The notes under the pieces are model-generated. The model did not search any database, was not told where the DNA came from, and saw only the letters and a list, made by a program, of their open reading frames with translations. 64,000 nt of DNA, from positions 119,102,001 through 119,166,000 of the forward strand of contig NC_058370.1 of NCBI RefSeq assembly GCF_018350175.1, read 5' to 3'. The position numbers and the translations under genes are program-made. The stretch comes from Felis catus. Taxonomy: Eukaryota. Below are positions 47,723 through 60,603 of this stretch, one piece after another. The stretch's first letter is position 1. Each line of letters starts with the position of its first letter.

Positions 47723-49229
47723 TGGGACCTCAAGAGAATTCTAAAGAATTATACAACTTACTGAAAATCAGTCTGCTTGTTCTCACCTCAGGCCGGAGTT
47801 CTAACAGTGACAGTGACAGCTCCTGCCGCCCCCTCCCCCCTGTCCCTTCCCCTCGTGGGCCACTGGGTCTTCCGGGGATGATGGCCTTCCTTTTCTCCTC
47901 GATGCCTTTTAGTGTTCCCCGTGCTTTCCTGGAGAACGTTTCCCCTCACCTTTTCCGTACCCCGCTTTTCGGCTCCCTCCCGAACTTTCAGAGAAGTGTC
48001 TGGTGACAAGTTCAGCGCCCCTTACGAGGCTGATGGCGCCTGTTTTTCACGAATAGCCACGCACCGGTCTGGCTCCTGTTTTCAGGCCCTTGACATGAGT
48101 CAGCACAAGGCCAGTGATGGGGATTAGCTCCCCATCCGGCAGAGTCAGGATTGAAGCCTAGGTCTCTCTGCTCAGAGAGGTCAAACAACTTGCTTCAGAT
48201 CACACAGCTAGTGGGAGAGGGATCAGGGTCCAAATGGGTCCCCCTGACTGATCTGGCAGCCTTCCAGCAGGAAGCGGGGAAACAGATCATACGCTCAGTT
48301 GGGGTCTTTGAAGGGACTTTGTAGTGAAGGGACTGCTCTCAGAGGCTGAAGGAAACAGCCAGGGACTAGCGATTACTGCCCCCGAGGCCCACGGCCCAGT
48401 CAAGCGACGGAGCTGAGTGAACGTTGGAGGGATCACACAGACACAGACGCTACCAGAGCCGGCCAAGGCTGGAAGGGGGAGGGGGACACACCCCACCAGG
48501 CTCTCACACTACCTCCAGTCTCCCTATGGTGCCTCCCTTGGGCCAAAGCCATCTGGAAGCATCTGGAAGCCAGAGGGCAAGGCACCATAGAGATCAGAGC
48601 CGCGCCTGGGCAGCCAGTGGGAAAACAGTAAGAGCACAGACACAGCTGATGTTCTTTCTACTCTCCCACGGCCGGGATCTAAAGGACGTTTTCCCAGTCG
48701 GTGAGCTGTGAAAACATGAGAGGCCGGATGGGGAGCAGATCCCGGCTGTCAATTCTCCTGGTGTTGGGCCTCCATTTACCATCATCAGGGCCCTGGGAGG
48801 GCCTCTTCTCTACCTGCAAATCCTCACTTGTAAAATCACCCTCTGGAGGCTTCACTTAGTCACATGTCCCTAAATCCCACCAATCAGAGGTTCATCTGGG
48901 TCACCAAACCACACACCCCGCAGGTGACAGCGAGGGGCTGTTAGTCACTTTCCCGAGTAGGGATTAACTTGGCCAGATGCTCGCCTCCTAGCGCTCGGCC
49001 GGGATGAGAAGCTGGATGGCGGGCAGAAGAGAAGGAAAGGACCAAAGGAGAGAGGGTAATTTTGGAGCAGGAAGGATCCTAGGGGAAGAAGAAAGGGCAG
49101 GCCCAGGGACCCAGATCAGGTTAGAGGGCACCCACCATCATGGTCTGGGGCTGAGCTCTGGGAGGCAGGGCACAGCGTGTCTGAGCTGCAGGACAGGAGC
49201 ACAGACAGGGGTGTGGAGAAGCTCGATCT

Positions 49230-49685
49230 CCTGAGGGCCTACGCAACGCCAGGCCGACCTTTATACACCTCCTCCCGTTTACTCCTCACATACTTGTGAG
49301 GGGAGCTTGGCCCCACCGTGACAATGAGGAGACTGGGGCTCACGTGGTGTCAGAACCCTGTTCAGCGTCTCAGAGCTACCAGAGGGCAGAGTCAGGACTT
49401 GAACTCAGGTCTGTCTGGCTCTAGAGACCGTTTTTCACCAGCGTGTGTTAACCCCCCACCCCTCACACACTCACACACACTCTCATACACACACACACAC
49501 AGTCACACGAAGGCCCTGCACTCTCCATCATGTCAACACCCACCCCCGCCTCCTGGCCTCCCAAGAGAGGTATCATTATTGCCCATTTTCCCGATGGTGA
49601 AACTAAGGCTCAAGAGTAAGGCGAGGTCACGGCACCGGAGTGGCAGGGCGGGAACTGGAGTGATGGCCTCCTGTGTCCCAGGCCA
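49230..49685 (-). mobile_element. Two MIR fragments around an imperfect (CA)n
   Basis: TGAGGAGACTGGGGCTCA...GGACTTGAACTCAGGTCTGTCTGGCTC; CCCATTTTCCCGATGGTGAAACTAAGGCTCA. Confidence 0.75.
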
Positions 49686-50592
49686 CCACGTCTCCTCTCC
49701 ACTTTCTGGGTCACCCGTCCTAACAGACCCAAGACCTGTGACCAGGATGGGGTAGGAGGGCGGGAGGATGAGGGCTTGTGCTCTCTTGGCCTGGGGCTCC
49801 TGCCCTCCCCCCCACTCGAAGGTCACACAGCCCCTTCGCCCTCTGCCTGCCCCTCACAAGCAAAGCCTCCAGCACAGTATGGGCCTGCGACAGAGACGCT
49901 GACTCAGCCACACCCACCTTCTCAGGGCCAAGGGCCGGGCTGGGCAGATGGCTTGGGGTTGCGCGCTGGCTTCCCCAAGGCCCTGCGGGCTTCTCCATCT
50001 GCAAGTGAGGGACTGGACGGTGTGACCACAGATGTCCCCTCCAGCTCTGACATTCTATAACGAACGCCTGTGGCGTATGTTCCATGCTATAGAGCACACT
50101 CACACACCTTTCCTCATGGCTGGTTCATCTTTGCACCCCCTACTGTGTGCTGGGCACCCTGGACTCCTCAAGGATGTTTCTAGAAGGGTGGAATGAAAGG
50201 TCTAACTGCCTTTGCTATGTCACTCAACTGTAAGTCCCCTTCCTCCAGAGATCCTGGGGGGACAGAGGCACACGGTCTGCAGTTCATGAGCTGAGCCTGC
50301 AGTTCATCATGCCTCTCTTCTTAGCATCCATGACACCTTCCTGAAGCTCTGTCCCCCTGGGAAGCACTACAAGGAGGCGACACTGACCGCAGACCAGGTC
50401 AGCTCCCTGCCGGCCCTGAGGGTGAGTGCTGGATGGGGGCAGGGGGAGGTGCCACTGGGGGTCATGGAGGGGTGGAGGACACTGGGGGAGGGGAGGGCAC
50501 TCTGACCGTGGGCCGTCTGGTGGTAACATCTCCAGAGGGGCTCTTGGACCTCCAGGCACGGGCCCAGCAGGGCATGCTTCCCCAGCACTTTT

Positions 50593-50820
50593 CTTTAAAA
50601 AATTTTTTTTAATGTTTATTTATTTCGAGAGAGAGAGGGAGAGACAGAGCACGAGCAGGGGAGGGGCAGAGAGAGAGAGAGGGAGGCACAGAATCCAAAG
50701 CAGTCTCCAGGCTCTGAGCTGTCAACACAGAGCCCAACGCGGGGCTCGAACTCACAAACGGTGAGATCGTGACCAGAGCCGAAGTCAGACACTTAACCGA
50801 CTGAGCTACCCAGGCGCCCC
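50593..50820 (-). mobile_element. Felid CanSINE
   Basis: TSD approx. CCCCAG(C/G)ACTTTT. Confidence 0.96.
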
Positions 50821-51596
50821 CCTCCCCCCCCAGGACTTTTCATATGAATCTGGCCTCACTTTATCCTTGTATCAGGCTCATAGGCAGGACAGGCATGGCA
50901 ACAGTCACCATTTCTCGGTGAGGGGCAGAGGTGCACTGGGGCAATGCCACGTGTTCCAGGTCCTATCGGTGAAGGTGGCGGGCCTAGCCGAGGTCCCCCT
51001 GGCTCTGCTGACCGATCTTCCAGAGCCTGCTTGTGATTCCCTTTTGAGCCTCAGCTTAAACACCGCACCGCACCCCCCTCCGGCTTCCTGCCGGCCATTT
51101 ACCTGACGCCCCCTCCCCCACCAGAGGACCCTGCACCAGCCAGCTCTCTCTCCTCTCTTTTATGCCCCAAATGAGATAAGCAGGAAGGTCGAGGATCCCC
51201 TGCGGAATCATTCGGGCCTAGGGGAAACCAGGGTGCCACCCCAGGTCATTCTCCCAGCCCCCTCCTCAGCCCTTCTCTTCTGCTCAGGCTGCCTCACTGG
51301 ACTAGGGCTTTTCTAGAACGACTGAGAACCTTCTCAGGTTCTTCCCTGAGAAGCCAGGAGCAAGACTTGGGGCCCGGGGACTGTCATCCCAACCTGCCTC
51401 CGTCTATCTCCAGGTGTGACTACAGGAAAGAAGGACATGTGCATTTCTGTTCTTGGTCCCTTTATCCTCTCCCCCTGAATTTAGCTGATCCTCCCTGAGT
51501 GAGAGCCTGATAGATAAGAGAGGTGGGCCAGATGTTCATATCTTCTCCTAGATTTCCCAGTTTCCTGGGCCAAATCTCATAACTCATACACCCAGT

Positions 51597-51621
51597 ACAC
51601 ACACACACACACACACACACA
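51597..51621. repeat. (AC)12 microsatellite
   Basis: Directly visible. Confidence 0.95.
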
Positions 51622-53528
51622 TCTTGCGCTTGTTATAGCAGAGTCCTTGTACAAACCACTCCCTGTGCCTCAGTCTCCCCACCTGTGAAATGGGTGGAGT
51701 GGTGGGGGTGGCTGGGGGTTGTTTGCACATGCTCCCGAAGGCTCGCTGCATCCCCCCAGGCCACCCACCACCACCAATCTTTTAAGGACCATCCTTGAGT
51801 TTTTTGTTCCTGCTGTGACAAGGCTCTGCCCTTCCCCGCAAAGCACCCGGAAGAGGCCAGAGAGTCACAATAAAAGGGTTCCCCAATCACTTCTAAGATT
51901 TTTAATTAAAATTTGTGCAGTGCGTAGCGAGGCAGTGTCGGGTTAACAAATCATGGCGGTGTCAGTCTTCCCGATTTTTCATTCGGATCTCGGCAGAATA
52001 ATGGTTTGAATTTGTCATTGTGGGACGAGAGCCCATCTTCTCTTCTGTCTGGAACAAGACGGGCTCTGAGAGCCATGGGCGGCCTCTTAGAAGAGGGCTG
52101 GGGACTCGGGTAGGGTCCTAAGGAGGAGATTGCACAGGTGGAGGGGACACACATGCAACTAGGGCTCTGTAGCATCTCCGAAGCGAGGGAGCTTGTTTTG
52201 GGCAGAGCCCAAGAAAGAGCACAGAGCTGGGGCTTGACATGGAGGCAGGAACAGAGAAAACAAAGGAGTGAGAAGGGGGGTGAGGGGGGGAGTAGGATGG
52301 GGGAGCTGGAGCCGGGGTCTTGGAGAGGAAGGAGAACAATCCTCAAAAAGGTGAAATAATTGGAGGATGTGTCTGGCCCAGGCAGACGGGGGCCTGTCCT
52401 TCTGGTACCCCCTGCTCGCACACACCCCCCCACCCCCTCACCCCCGACACACGCACACTTCCAAGTCCCCACCGCCCCCCACGCACCCATGCATGCACAC
52501 GCGTGTGCTCAGACACCCAGACACGCGCTGGCTGGGGCGTGTCTCAGAAGGAGGCTATCCGCTCGGGCCCTGGGACCGAATGGGAAACTTGTGCCCTCCG
52601 CTCCCCAGATGGGGGACAGTGTCACTCGGGCAGTCTCAGAATATCAGAAGGTGAAGCCTTAAAGTCAGGCACCTCCAGGGAATCACTGCCAAATGCTCTC
52701 TGCCCCGGCTTTACCCCTCAGAAAACTGAAGCCCAAGAGGGAAACACCTTGCTCGGGCTACGTGACCGCAGAGCCTGGCTGGCTCTGACCCCACTTCCAA
52801 CCGGGGGCCCCCGCTCTGATCAGGGCTTGGCTCAGTGCTGACTGAGCGCTGGGTCTGCAAGGCGCCCTGGGGGCACAGGGGGAGCGCCTGGCAAAGAGGA
52901 GCCATGGAGGGCCGGCTTGGAGAGTGAGGGGTGACGCGTGGGCTGGCACTCCACATGGCCCCAGAGCACCCTAGGTGGGCCTGGGGGCTCTGTCCTGAGC
53001 CCCAGAGGAACGCACGCCGCACTGGCATCAGAGGGCCGGGTCAGGGCCCGGCTCCATCACTCCGCCTGTGCTGTGCCCCTCTAAGCATGAATCCCTGTCT
53101 GCAAAACAATGTGTCTGCCCTCTGCTGTGTAACAAGTGCAGGGATGAGCCACAATCCTCCGCACCCTCCGTTTTTTCCCCTTGTCCGCTGCTCTCTTCCG
53201 TCTCCGGGGCAGGGAGCCAGGTGAAGGGTGAGAGACTGCAAGGCTTGAGAACAGAGGAGGGGCAGAAGGGTGGCCTGGGGTCTGCGTCCCACGGTGGTGG
53301 GAGGGCTGTGGGGGTGTGTGCAGGCAGCCGCTGCCCACAGGGAGCACCAGCCCAGGCCGCCTCTGGAGCGCCAGACCCCCGGGCACTTTACTGGACAGTG
53401 GCTGGGAACTGAGACGGGATCTTGGGACCAGACTTCTTTAATTTTACTTATCTCTTCCCTCTGAATGGCCATCGCTTTACTCCATTGTACAAATACTAAC
53501 CAGATCGTTGTAGAAAAACCGGAAAACA

Positions 53529-53740
53529 GGGGCGCCTGGGTGGCTCAGTCGGTTAAGCGTCCGACTTCAGCTCAGGTCACGATCTCACGGTCTGTGAGTT
53601 CAAGCCCCGTGTCGGGCTCTGGGCTGATGGCTCGGAGCCTGGAGTCTGCTTCCGATTCTGTGTCTCCCTCTCTCTCTGCCCCTCCCCCGTTCATGCTCTG
53701 TCTCTCTCTGTCTCAAAAATAAATAAAACGTTAAAAAAAA
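53529..53740 (+). mobile_element. Fairly young felid CanSINE
   Basis: Near-consensus head; TSD approx. AAAAACC(G/CA)GAAAA. Confidence 0.97.
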
Positions 53741-54214
53741 AAAAACCCAGAAAAGAGAAAAGTCAAAACGCAATACAAACTGTCGGGTAGCTCACCTCAA
53801 GGGATGACGGTCATGACTCTTTTGCCTTATTTCCTTTCAGATTTTTTTCTAAGCAGATATGTGAAGTGTTTATTGGGATCCCCTGGACTTTTTTGCATGG
53901 TTCCCCACCCCCCCGCCCATGTTGGTTTCTTTGTTCCTTTTCCAGCTGGTTCTGAACAGCCAGAACGATCTCACACATTTGGGACACCCGACCACTGCCG
54001 CTGGGTTAGAACTCGCTTGCTAGTTAAGTGATCTGAGGCCAGTCACTTCCCAAGGGGAATGATTCAGGGTGTGAGGAAGCAAATAGACCCCAAGCAAAGG
54101 AGACTGGGCGGGAGGGGTGCCGCGTGGAGAGCCCGTTTTCCAAAGCAGGTGAGAGGCCTGGCTCTAGGTGCTCCCAGGCGTAGACCTGGGTCCTAGGATG
54201 CAGGTGTCCTGACA

Positions 54215-54300
54215 GTATGAGGAAGCGCTTTCTAATCAGTAGAGCTGCATGCAGAGGGCACGAGTTCCCTGTCACTGAAGGGTGTGAAGCGGGGCCAGAC
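54215..54300 (+). mobile_element. CR1/L3 LINE 3' fragment
   Basis: AGGAAGCGCTTTCTAATCAGTAGAGCTG...GAGTTCCCTGTCACTGAAGG..TGAAGC resembles L3. Confidence 0.55.
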
Positions 54301-55729
54301 AAGCATGTGGCCGGGGTGTTCCCTCCTCACCTCCCGAGCCGGGGGCTCTGGCCCTGGCACTCGTTCTCACTGTCTTCTGTGCCCACCTCCATAGTACGTC
54401 CCAGACTTTGGATGTTCAGTGTCCGATAAAACTCCCCCCCCCACCCCCCCAAATTTTTTTTTCTCTTTTTGAGAAAGAACCATTAGAGACGCCAACTTTC
54501 CAATTTGGCCAAGTAAGGACATTTACAAATGATGGGATCCACCATCACCACCATTTCATTTTTTAAACGTGTTCATTCTAGATCAAAAATATAAGAAGGA
54601 TCTAATCCCAGAAGCCAGAACAGTTCTTCCCGTACACATCTCTTTTTTGTGCTTCTTTTTCTACTTTTGCTCCTGGTCATTAAGCACTTTGTCACCGGTC
54701 ATCACTGGTCCTCAGACTAGCTTTTGGGGACTGAGGACTAAATTGCCCTCCAGGTCTTTCCAATCTTGGTCGCAGAGGGAGGCTCGCTTCCCGAAATGAG
54801 CAAGGAGAGGCTTGCTGGGGGGTGAGGGCCCGAGTGTCCCTGGGTCCTCAGGGCCCAAGGGTGGGAGCAGTCTGACTCACACTGCCCAGAACACATCTCT
54901 GGAAAAGGCTGTGAGAATTGGGCCCCAGGGAGCTCCGGGTACAGCTATAACTTGGCTCAGGGGCTTGAGTGGTCTGGGAAGAAAGTTCTGTTTTCTTAAC
55001 TTGGATTCACTGGTGGAAAAAGTGGGTTGGTTAATATTGGGAAGGGTCTGCCCATCAACAGATGAACAAGGCGAGAGAGTTGCCTGGGCAGCCGAGGGCC
55101 GCGGGGCGGGGAGGGGGGGACCCTGAGGACGGGGACACAGTGGCCCTTTTCCACTCAGAAGTTTCTGTTTTCTCTTTGCGGCTTTCTTTGGTGTATTTGA
55201 AAGCGAATTAGCTCAATGTTTCTGTTCTTGTAAATAACCATCTTGCTTTCTGTAAACTTGGATGAGTAGTGGCACAGTGTGACCCAGGTTTCTGGTTTCC
55301 GGGCCCAGGATGGCGGGTGGAAGGACCTGTGGGAGATCCCGGGGTCTCAGAGCTCGCACACCTCTTCCCGCCTCCCCCTCCGGGGTTCCTGACGGCAGGT
55401 GGGGGTGTGTGCACAGCCTGGCCTCTTCTGCATTTGCCTCCAGCATCAACTCTGCACTGGAAGCACAGAGAGGTTAGGAAACCTGCCCGAGGTAGCAGGA
55501 GCCCCTGTGGGTGTGGCTCCTAAGGTTCCAGCTCCGTGTCAGTTTCTGTCTGTCCCCAGTTTCTCTGAACCTTTCTGATGCCCACTTATAGGCTGGGCCT
55601 ATCCACTTCAAATACTTTGCAAAGAACCCCCTCCCAAGGCTTTCAGCAAACGAAGAGTCCTCATACTTATTCAGACTTTGGAGAAACTACCAGGGTAGCA
55701 GGGGGACAGGAATGGGAGTGTATTTTTTT

Positions 55730-57708
55730 ATTTAAAAGGGTTTTTTTTTTTAAGTTTTCAAATCAAAATTGTTTATGCACGCCAAGAGTCAAGTTGCCCT
55801 ACAAGGGTTACCCTAATTTCCCTTTTCTGGAAGCAAACATTTGCAGCTCTCGGCTGATTCTTGGCTCTTGCCTCCATATCCCTGGAGAGGGCTCTTGTAT
55901 GGCCCCCTCTTCATACCTCGGCCTTTGACCTCCTAGAGAAGAGGCTTAGCGCTTCCCTCCCCCATGTCCATCCCCCACCGCGCTCCTATCCCCCACCCTC
56001 CCAGTGTAGGTATATAAATGTTTCGATTGGATCAGTATTCAGTGTATACGTTGTTATGACTCCATATGCTACTCAGAGCTGAGCCAGGAAATCGGCTATG
56101 GTTACTTTTCCCTTTCTGCACGTTTTTTGTTTTTGTCTTTCCTGGCTGTAATCATTGCTTTTGATTATGCTTCTACGTACTTATCATTAAGTTCACACTA
56201 AACCTCTGCCAATCACCTGAAAGTCTCCCCTAAGGCTTTCAGAAGGGAGATGCTTTCTATACATTCCATTTTTTTTCTTTTTTTAACTTATTTATTTATT
56301 TTGAGAGAGGGAATGAGCCGGGAGGGGCAGAGAGAGAGATGGGGACAGAGGATCTGACGCAGACTCTGTGCTGACAGCAGAGAGCGCGATGCGGGACTCG
56401 AACTCACGAACCATGAGCGTGAAGTCAGATGCTCAACCAACTGAGCCACCCAGGCGCCCCGTACGGTCCATTTTCTTGGCTAAATTTCTCTCCGTGTACT
56501 CCCTTGTTTTGGTGACGCACATCCCCCAGTAGCTTCCTCCTAAAAGGTTCACGGAGGTAAACGTCTTGCCACCATACCTACACCTGACCCAGGTGATAAT
56601 GTCTTTATTCTCCCCTCACACTTGATGGAGCGTTTACACGGAATTGAACTACAGGCTGGTTGTCAGTTTTCCTTGGAATTGGAAAAGCAGCACTGGGGTG
56701 CATTTTAGCTTTCGCTGTTGTTACTGAGAAGTCCAAAGCCTTTCCATTTCCCGATTTTTTTTTTTTTTTTTTTTTTGGTAACTTGAGTTTTTCTTTCTGG
56801 AAACTTTGTCGGCTCTTCTCTTCGGCCCCAGTATTCTGAAATTCCCAGTGACGTGAGTTGGCGTGGGCCTTTCTGTCCGTGTACAGGAAACACAGAGGAC
56901 CCGCTCGGTCTGGAAACTGTCGTTCAGGTCTAGGATGTTGACGCAACGTCTTATCCCATCTTTCCTCCACGGTGCTTTCTCCCCCGGCTTCTTTGGGTCT
57001 CCAGCTTTGTGTCAGAGGCCTTCCTTGGCTATCTGGAAATCGTCTGCTCATAATGAAGAGTGGGGGTCAAAGCTGGAGTCCCTGCCTGGGCTTTCGACAG
57101 GGAGCTTTCCTGGAGGGTGAGCCGAGGGGGGCTATTTCTTGAGGTCTCCCTAGAGAGGATGGGGGTAAAGTTCTGCAGAGAGGGCTACCGGGGTCTCAGA
57201 CTTCAGCACACGTATATTTATTTGATCCCCGGGTCTCAATGTGGCTGACACCGCCGGTGCAGAAAGCCTCTATTAAGTCTCTCCCGAGAACACCTTTCCC
57301 GGTGTTGTGCAGGGGCTGGGAGGGCCAGCCACCCGGCATCGAGTGGAGGGTTCTAGAACTCCAGCGCTTTCAACATCTTCAATCGATCCTCCTTTCCCGA
57401 CCTCTATGAATTTCCAGTGCGGCCAGGTGCTTCCGGCTCCGGAGCCTTCCAAGGGTCCTGGGATGCAGAGCAGGCTGCTAGCTGTTCCCGCTGTGGGCTC
57501 AGGGCTGGGCTCTCTCATGTCTGCCGGGTCAGTTACCAATCCTGTTCCCACCTGCTTCCTGTGTGTGTCAAGGCGCTGCTCTTCTCTCGTGTTCTCTCCG
57601 TTTCTGTGGGTGATGCCTCTAAAAACTCCCTTTCCTAGTAGTTTTCGTGGGTGTCAGAGAGGGTGAAAATAGATGCAGGCGTTCAGCCCGTCATCTTTAC
57701 CCAGGAAT
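55730..57708 (-). mobile_element. HAL1 (half-L1) element spanning 5' end, ORF1-like region and 3' region
   Basis: Reverse strand starts TTCCTGGGTAAAGATGACGGGCTGAACGCCTGCATCT; ORF 56605-57051(-) EFQNTGAEEK...ALDFSVTT.KA; 3' GCTCAGCTCTGAGTAGCATATGGAGTCATAACAACGTATACACTGAATACTGAT. Confidence 0.72.
56271..56460 (-). mobile_element. CanSINE nested in HAL1
   Basis: TSD approx. TAC(ATT/GGT)CCATTTT. Confidence 0.94.
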
Positions 57709-60204
57709 AACACCTGCGTTCCTGACGTTCAGGAAAGCTTTACAAAGACAGCCTCTCCTCACTGTTGCTGTCTCAGAATATGCCACACGCAGCAGCTGCC
57801 CCCAGAATGTTCCCGCTCCCCACTCCCAGCCTCTTGAATGCTCCACTCTGCTCGCGTCCTCAGAGCTCCTGTGCTGCTCATTCCCTCCTCCTGTCCCCAC
57901 ATCACCCTCCAGCGTAGCCAGGCTTCTCTGGGAGCCCCTCCCTCCCTGAGGACCCCTGGGAAATGACACTCCTTGTCCAACTGATTTCCCTACCAGGCAG
58001 ACATTCCCACGGATAAGACACATTTGTGGACTCAGTCTGATGAACGGGGTTCTCACACCGGGTTCCGTCCATTTACCCTATAATAGTTATCGTGCGTTTC
58101 CCATGCCCGGCGCGTTGAGTGAGGTCTCGGGGGCTTCCTTTCTCATGGCATTCTGGGTAAAGAACAAATAGAAGAATCACAAACTGTGGGGGCTTTGCCG
58201 AGCTCTTGACCCCAGTGCCAAATGCTGGAGCCCAGACAGGCACACCCAGGCCCCCTCGGGGGCGGGGGGGGGGCGGTGTAGCGCGCCTGGAGAGACCCTG
58301 CCCAAGACGCTTGGTCATCTCTGTGAGCGTCTCCTCCCCACTTCTTAGGATGCCGAGTGGCTTCTGGGGCAGCCAGGCACGTCTAGGCACAGCACCCCTC
58401 CCTGAGGGTTCTGGAAGGACCCCCCCTAGAGCTGTCCTGTGGCTGGTCCAGGGCTGTGGCTCGGCACAGAGACACCTGCACGTCAACTCCCCCAGCAGCC
58501 TTGGCCGCTGAGTCATTATCCGAATTGACAGCTGGGGAAGCAGAGGGTCAAGGGGAGTAGGCTGAAAACTCCGTCCACTGAAAACTCTGCTACTATAAAT
58601 GACCATCCTGCTTCGTCTTTCCGAGCCTGGGCTGGAAGGGGTCCCAGAGGCCCGTGGGTTCCCAAGCCCCTTTTCCCTGGCAGGTGGACGGCACAGCTGG
58701 AGAGACTGGAACCTGCCTGTCCAACTGAGAAGAGATCGGGCCGGTGGGAAGGCTGTACCGGGACTTCGGGAGTCTTCCTGGTGCACTTTTTGATCCACCT
58801 TGTCAGAGCCTTTCAATGGCTACCACCTCGCTGCACCTCCCGAGGGCGGACAGGCATTTGCAGCTGAAGCAACGGAGGCCCACAGGCAGCGCGTGACCCA
58901 TACAAAGTCGCGGGGCCCGTCAGAGGCCGAGTCAAGGTTGGAACCCGGGCCTCCTGCTTCAGACTAGACTGTTTCCACGCCTCACTTCTGAACTCCCACC
59001 GCCTCCTGAGGAAGCTCCTGTTGAGGTTAGATCCCTGACGGGGGGCTGGCCTGCCCGCAGCTAACATTCACCTCTTGGCTCCCATGAGCTTAGGGCAGTC
59101 CTCTCAGCATCTGTATTCAGCCAGAGGACAGAGACCGGAGCGCGGAGGGAAGCCTGCAGGCCGGAGGGGCTGTCTGATCACCCACGGCCCAGGCCGGGAC
59201 AGCTGGACCCAGTGGTAATCCTCATGCCGTATTTAGGCCACTGCCCTGGGCCCTCCGCCCCCTCGGATATCCTCCCTGGCTTGCTGACAATAGAAGCAGA
59301 TTGGACGGTTGTAGCAATTCTCCTGTCCAGCCCCACGTGTCCCCCGCCACTAGTTGTGTGTTTCATGCAAAGCACACAACAACAAGCCCCTTGGCGTGCC
59401 CTGCCTCATTTGCTTCTCACAGCAGGAGGGTGAAGCACGGTGGTACATCCCCATTCTACAGATGAGGACACTGAGTCCACGAGAGGTGAAAAGCTCTCCC
59501 CAGGCCCACACACAATTGCAAAAATACTTCTTTCTCCTCCATCTTCTGGGGGCAGATGACATCAAGGTCACCGAGCAGGTGGCACATGCACGGGTGCGGC
59601 CGAAGGAGGAAGGAGGACGGGCAGGAGCTGGTGGCCTGCACAGGTGGTGATTGAGGGAGGAATGGCTTGTCCCATCTCTAGCCGAGATGCCCTCCCGAGC
59701 TCTCCCTGGGCGACAGATCACACATGTGGGTCTTGTATGTTGGGGAGGCCTGCCTTTAGGTCCAGGTCATTTCGTCAGGGCCCCTCCCAGAGCCCAGCCT
59801 CCCGGGGCTCCTGTGGCAAGCCTGGGAATTGTCTGATTCCCAAGTCCCCAAGCCACGCTCCTCCCCGCCCCCCCAGTGCCCAGACTCCCCAGTGGAACAA
59901 ATATTCCACTGAGAAGAGACAACCCAGGGGCAGTCCTGCCCCGCGGACACCCCAGCCCAGCCTCCCAGGCTCCCACCCGGAGGCCCCACCTCACAGGGCA
60001 AGAGGTCGCTCTGAGCCTTTCAACTCCTAGGAGAGAAGTAAGCTAGTTCACAAGCACCCCCTCCCAAGATAAATACCGGGTGCTGATCAGAGACCCAGCG
60101 CCTCCCCAGAGAGGCGGGAGACCCAGGGCCACGGGGGTCCATTCAGCAGCGTGCAGGCCAGCCGGCCACCCCGTCTGTCCCACCCTCCCGGCCTACCCTG
60201 AAAC

Positions 60205-60360
60205 CTGTGCCGTGCCAGGCACTGTGTTGGGATGTCACGGACACATCATCTCATTTAATCCTTAAAGTTCCCGGCGAGGAGGAAGTTATTATCCTCCCCT
60301 CCAGCTGGGAAGCAGAGGAGCAAAGGGGTTAAGCAAATTGTCCACAGTCACACAGCTGAT
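60205..60360 (-). mobile_element. MIR
   Basis: GTGCCAGGCACTGTG...ATCTCATTTAATCCT...GGTTAAGCAAATTGTCCACAGTCACACAGCT. Confidence 0.8.
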
Positions 60361-60471
60361 GAAGGGCAGCAGCCTCCGCCAGCAGCTCCACGGCCGACTC
60401 CCTCCTCCTCCCCCGGGGGGGAGGGTCCCGACTCTGATGCAGAGTCAGAGCTGGGAGGGCAATTTGGCAGC

Positions 60472-60603
60472 NNNNNNNNNNNNNNNNNNNNNNNNNNNNN
60501 NNNNNNNNNNNNNNNNNNNNNNNNNNNNNNNNNNNNNNNNNNNNNNNNNNNNNNNNNNNNNNNNNNNNNNNNNNNNNNNNNNNNNNNNNNNNNNNNNNNN
60601 NNN
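60472..60603. other. Assembly gap (132 N)
   Basis: Run of N. Confidence 1.

Noticed and set aside
55096-55119. G-quadruplex-capable tract (similar tracts near 29288 and 50435)
   Set aside because: Such tracts are expected at this GC content, and nothing else supports a function.
839-60603. Five N runs as hidden insertions or structure
   Set aside because: They are assembly gaps. Those at 2267 and 21063 are about the size of the L1 sequence expected to be missing, and the one at 47465 covers a SINE tail.
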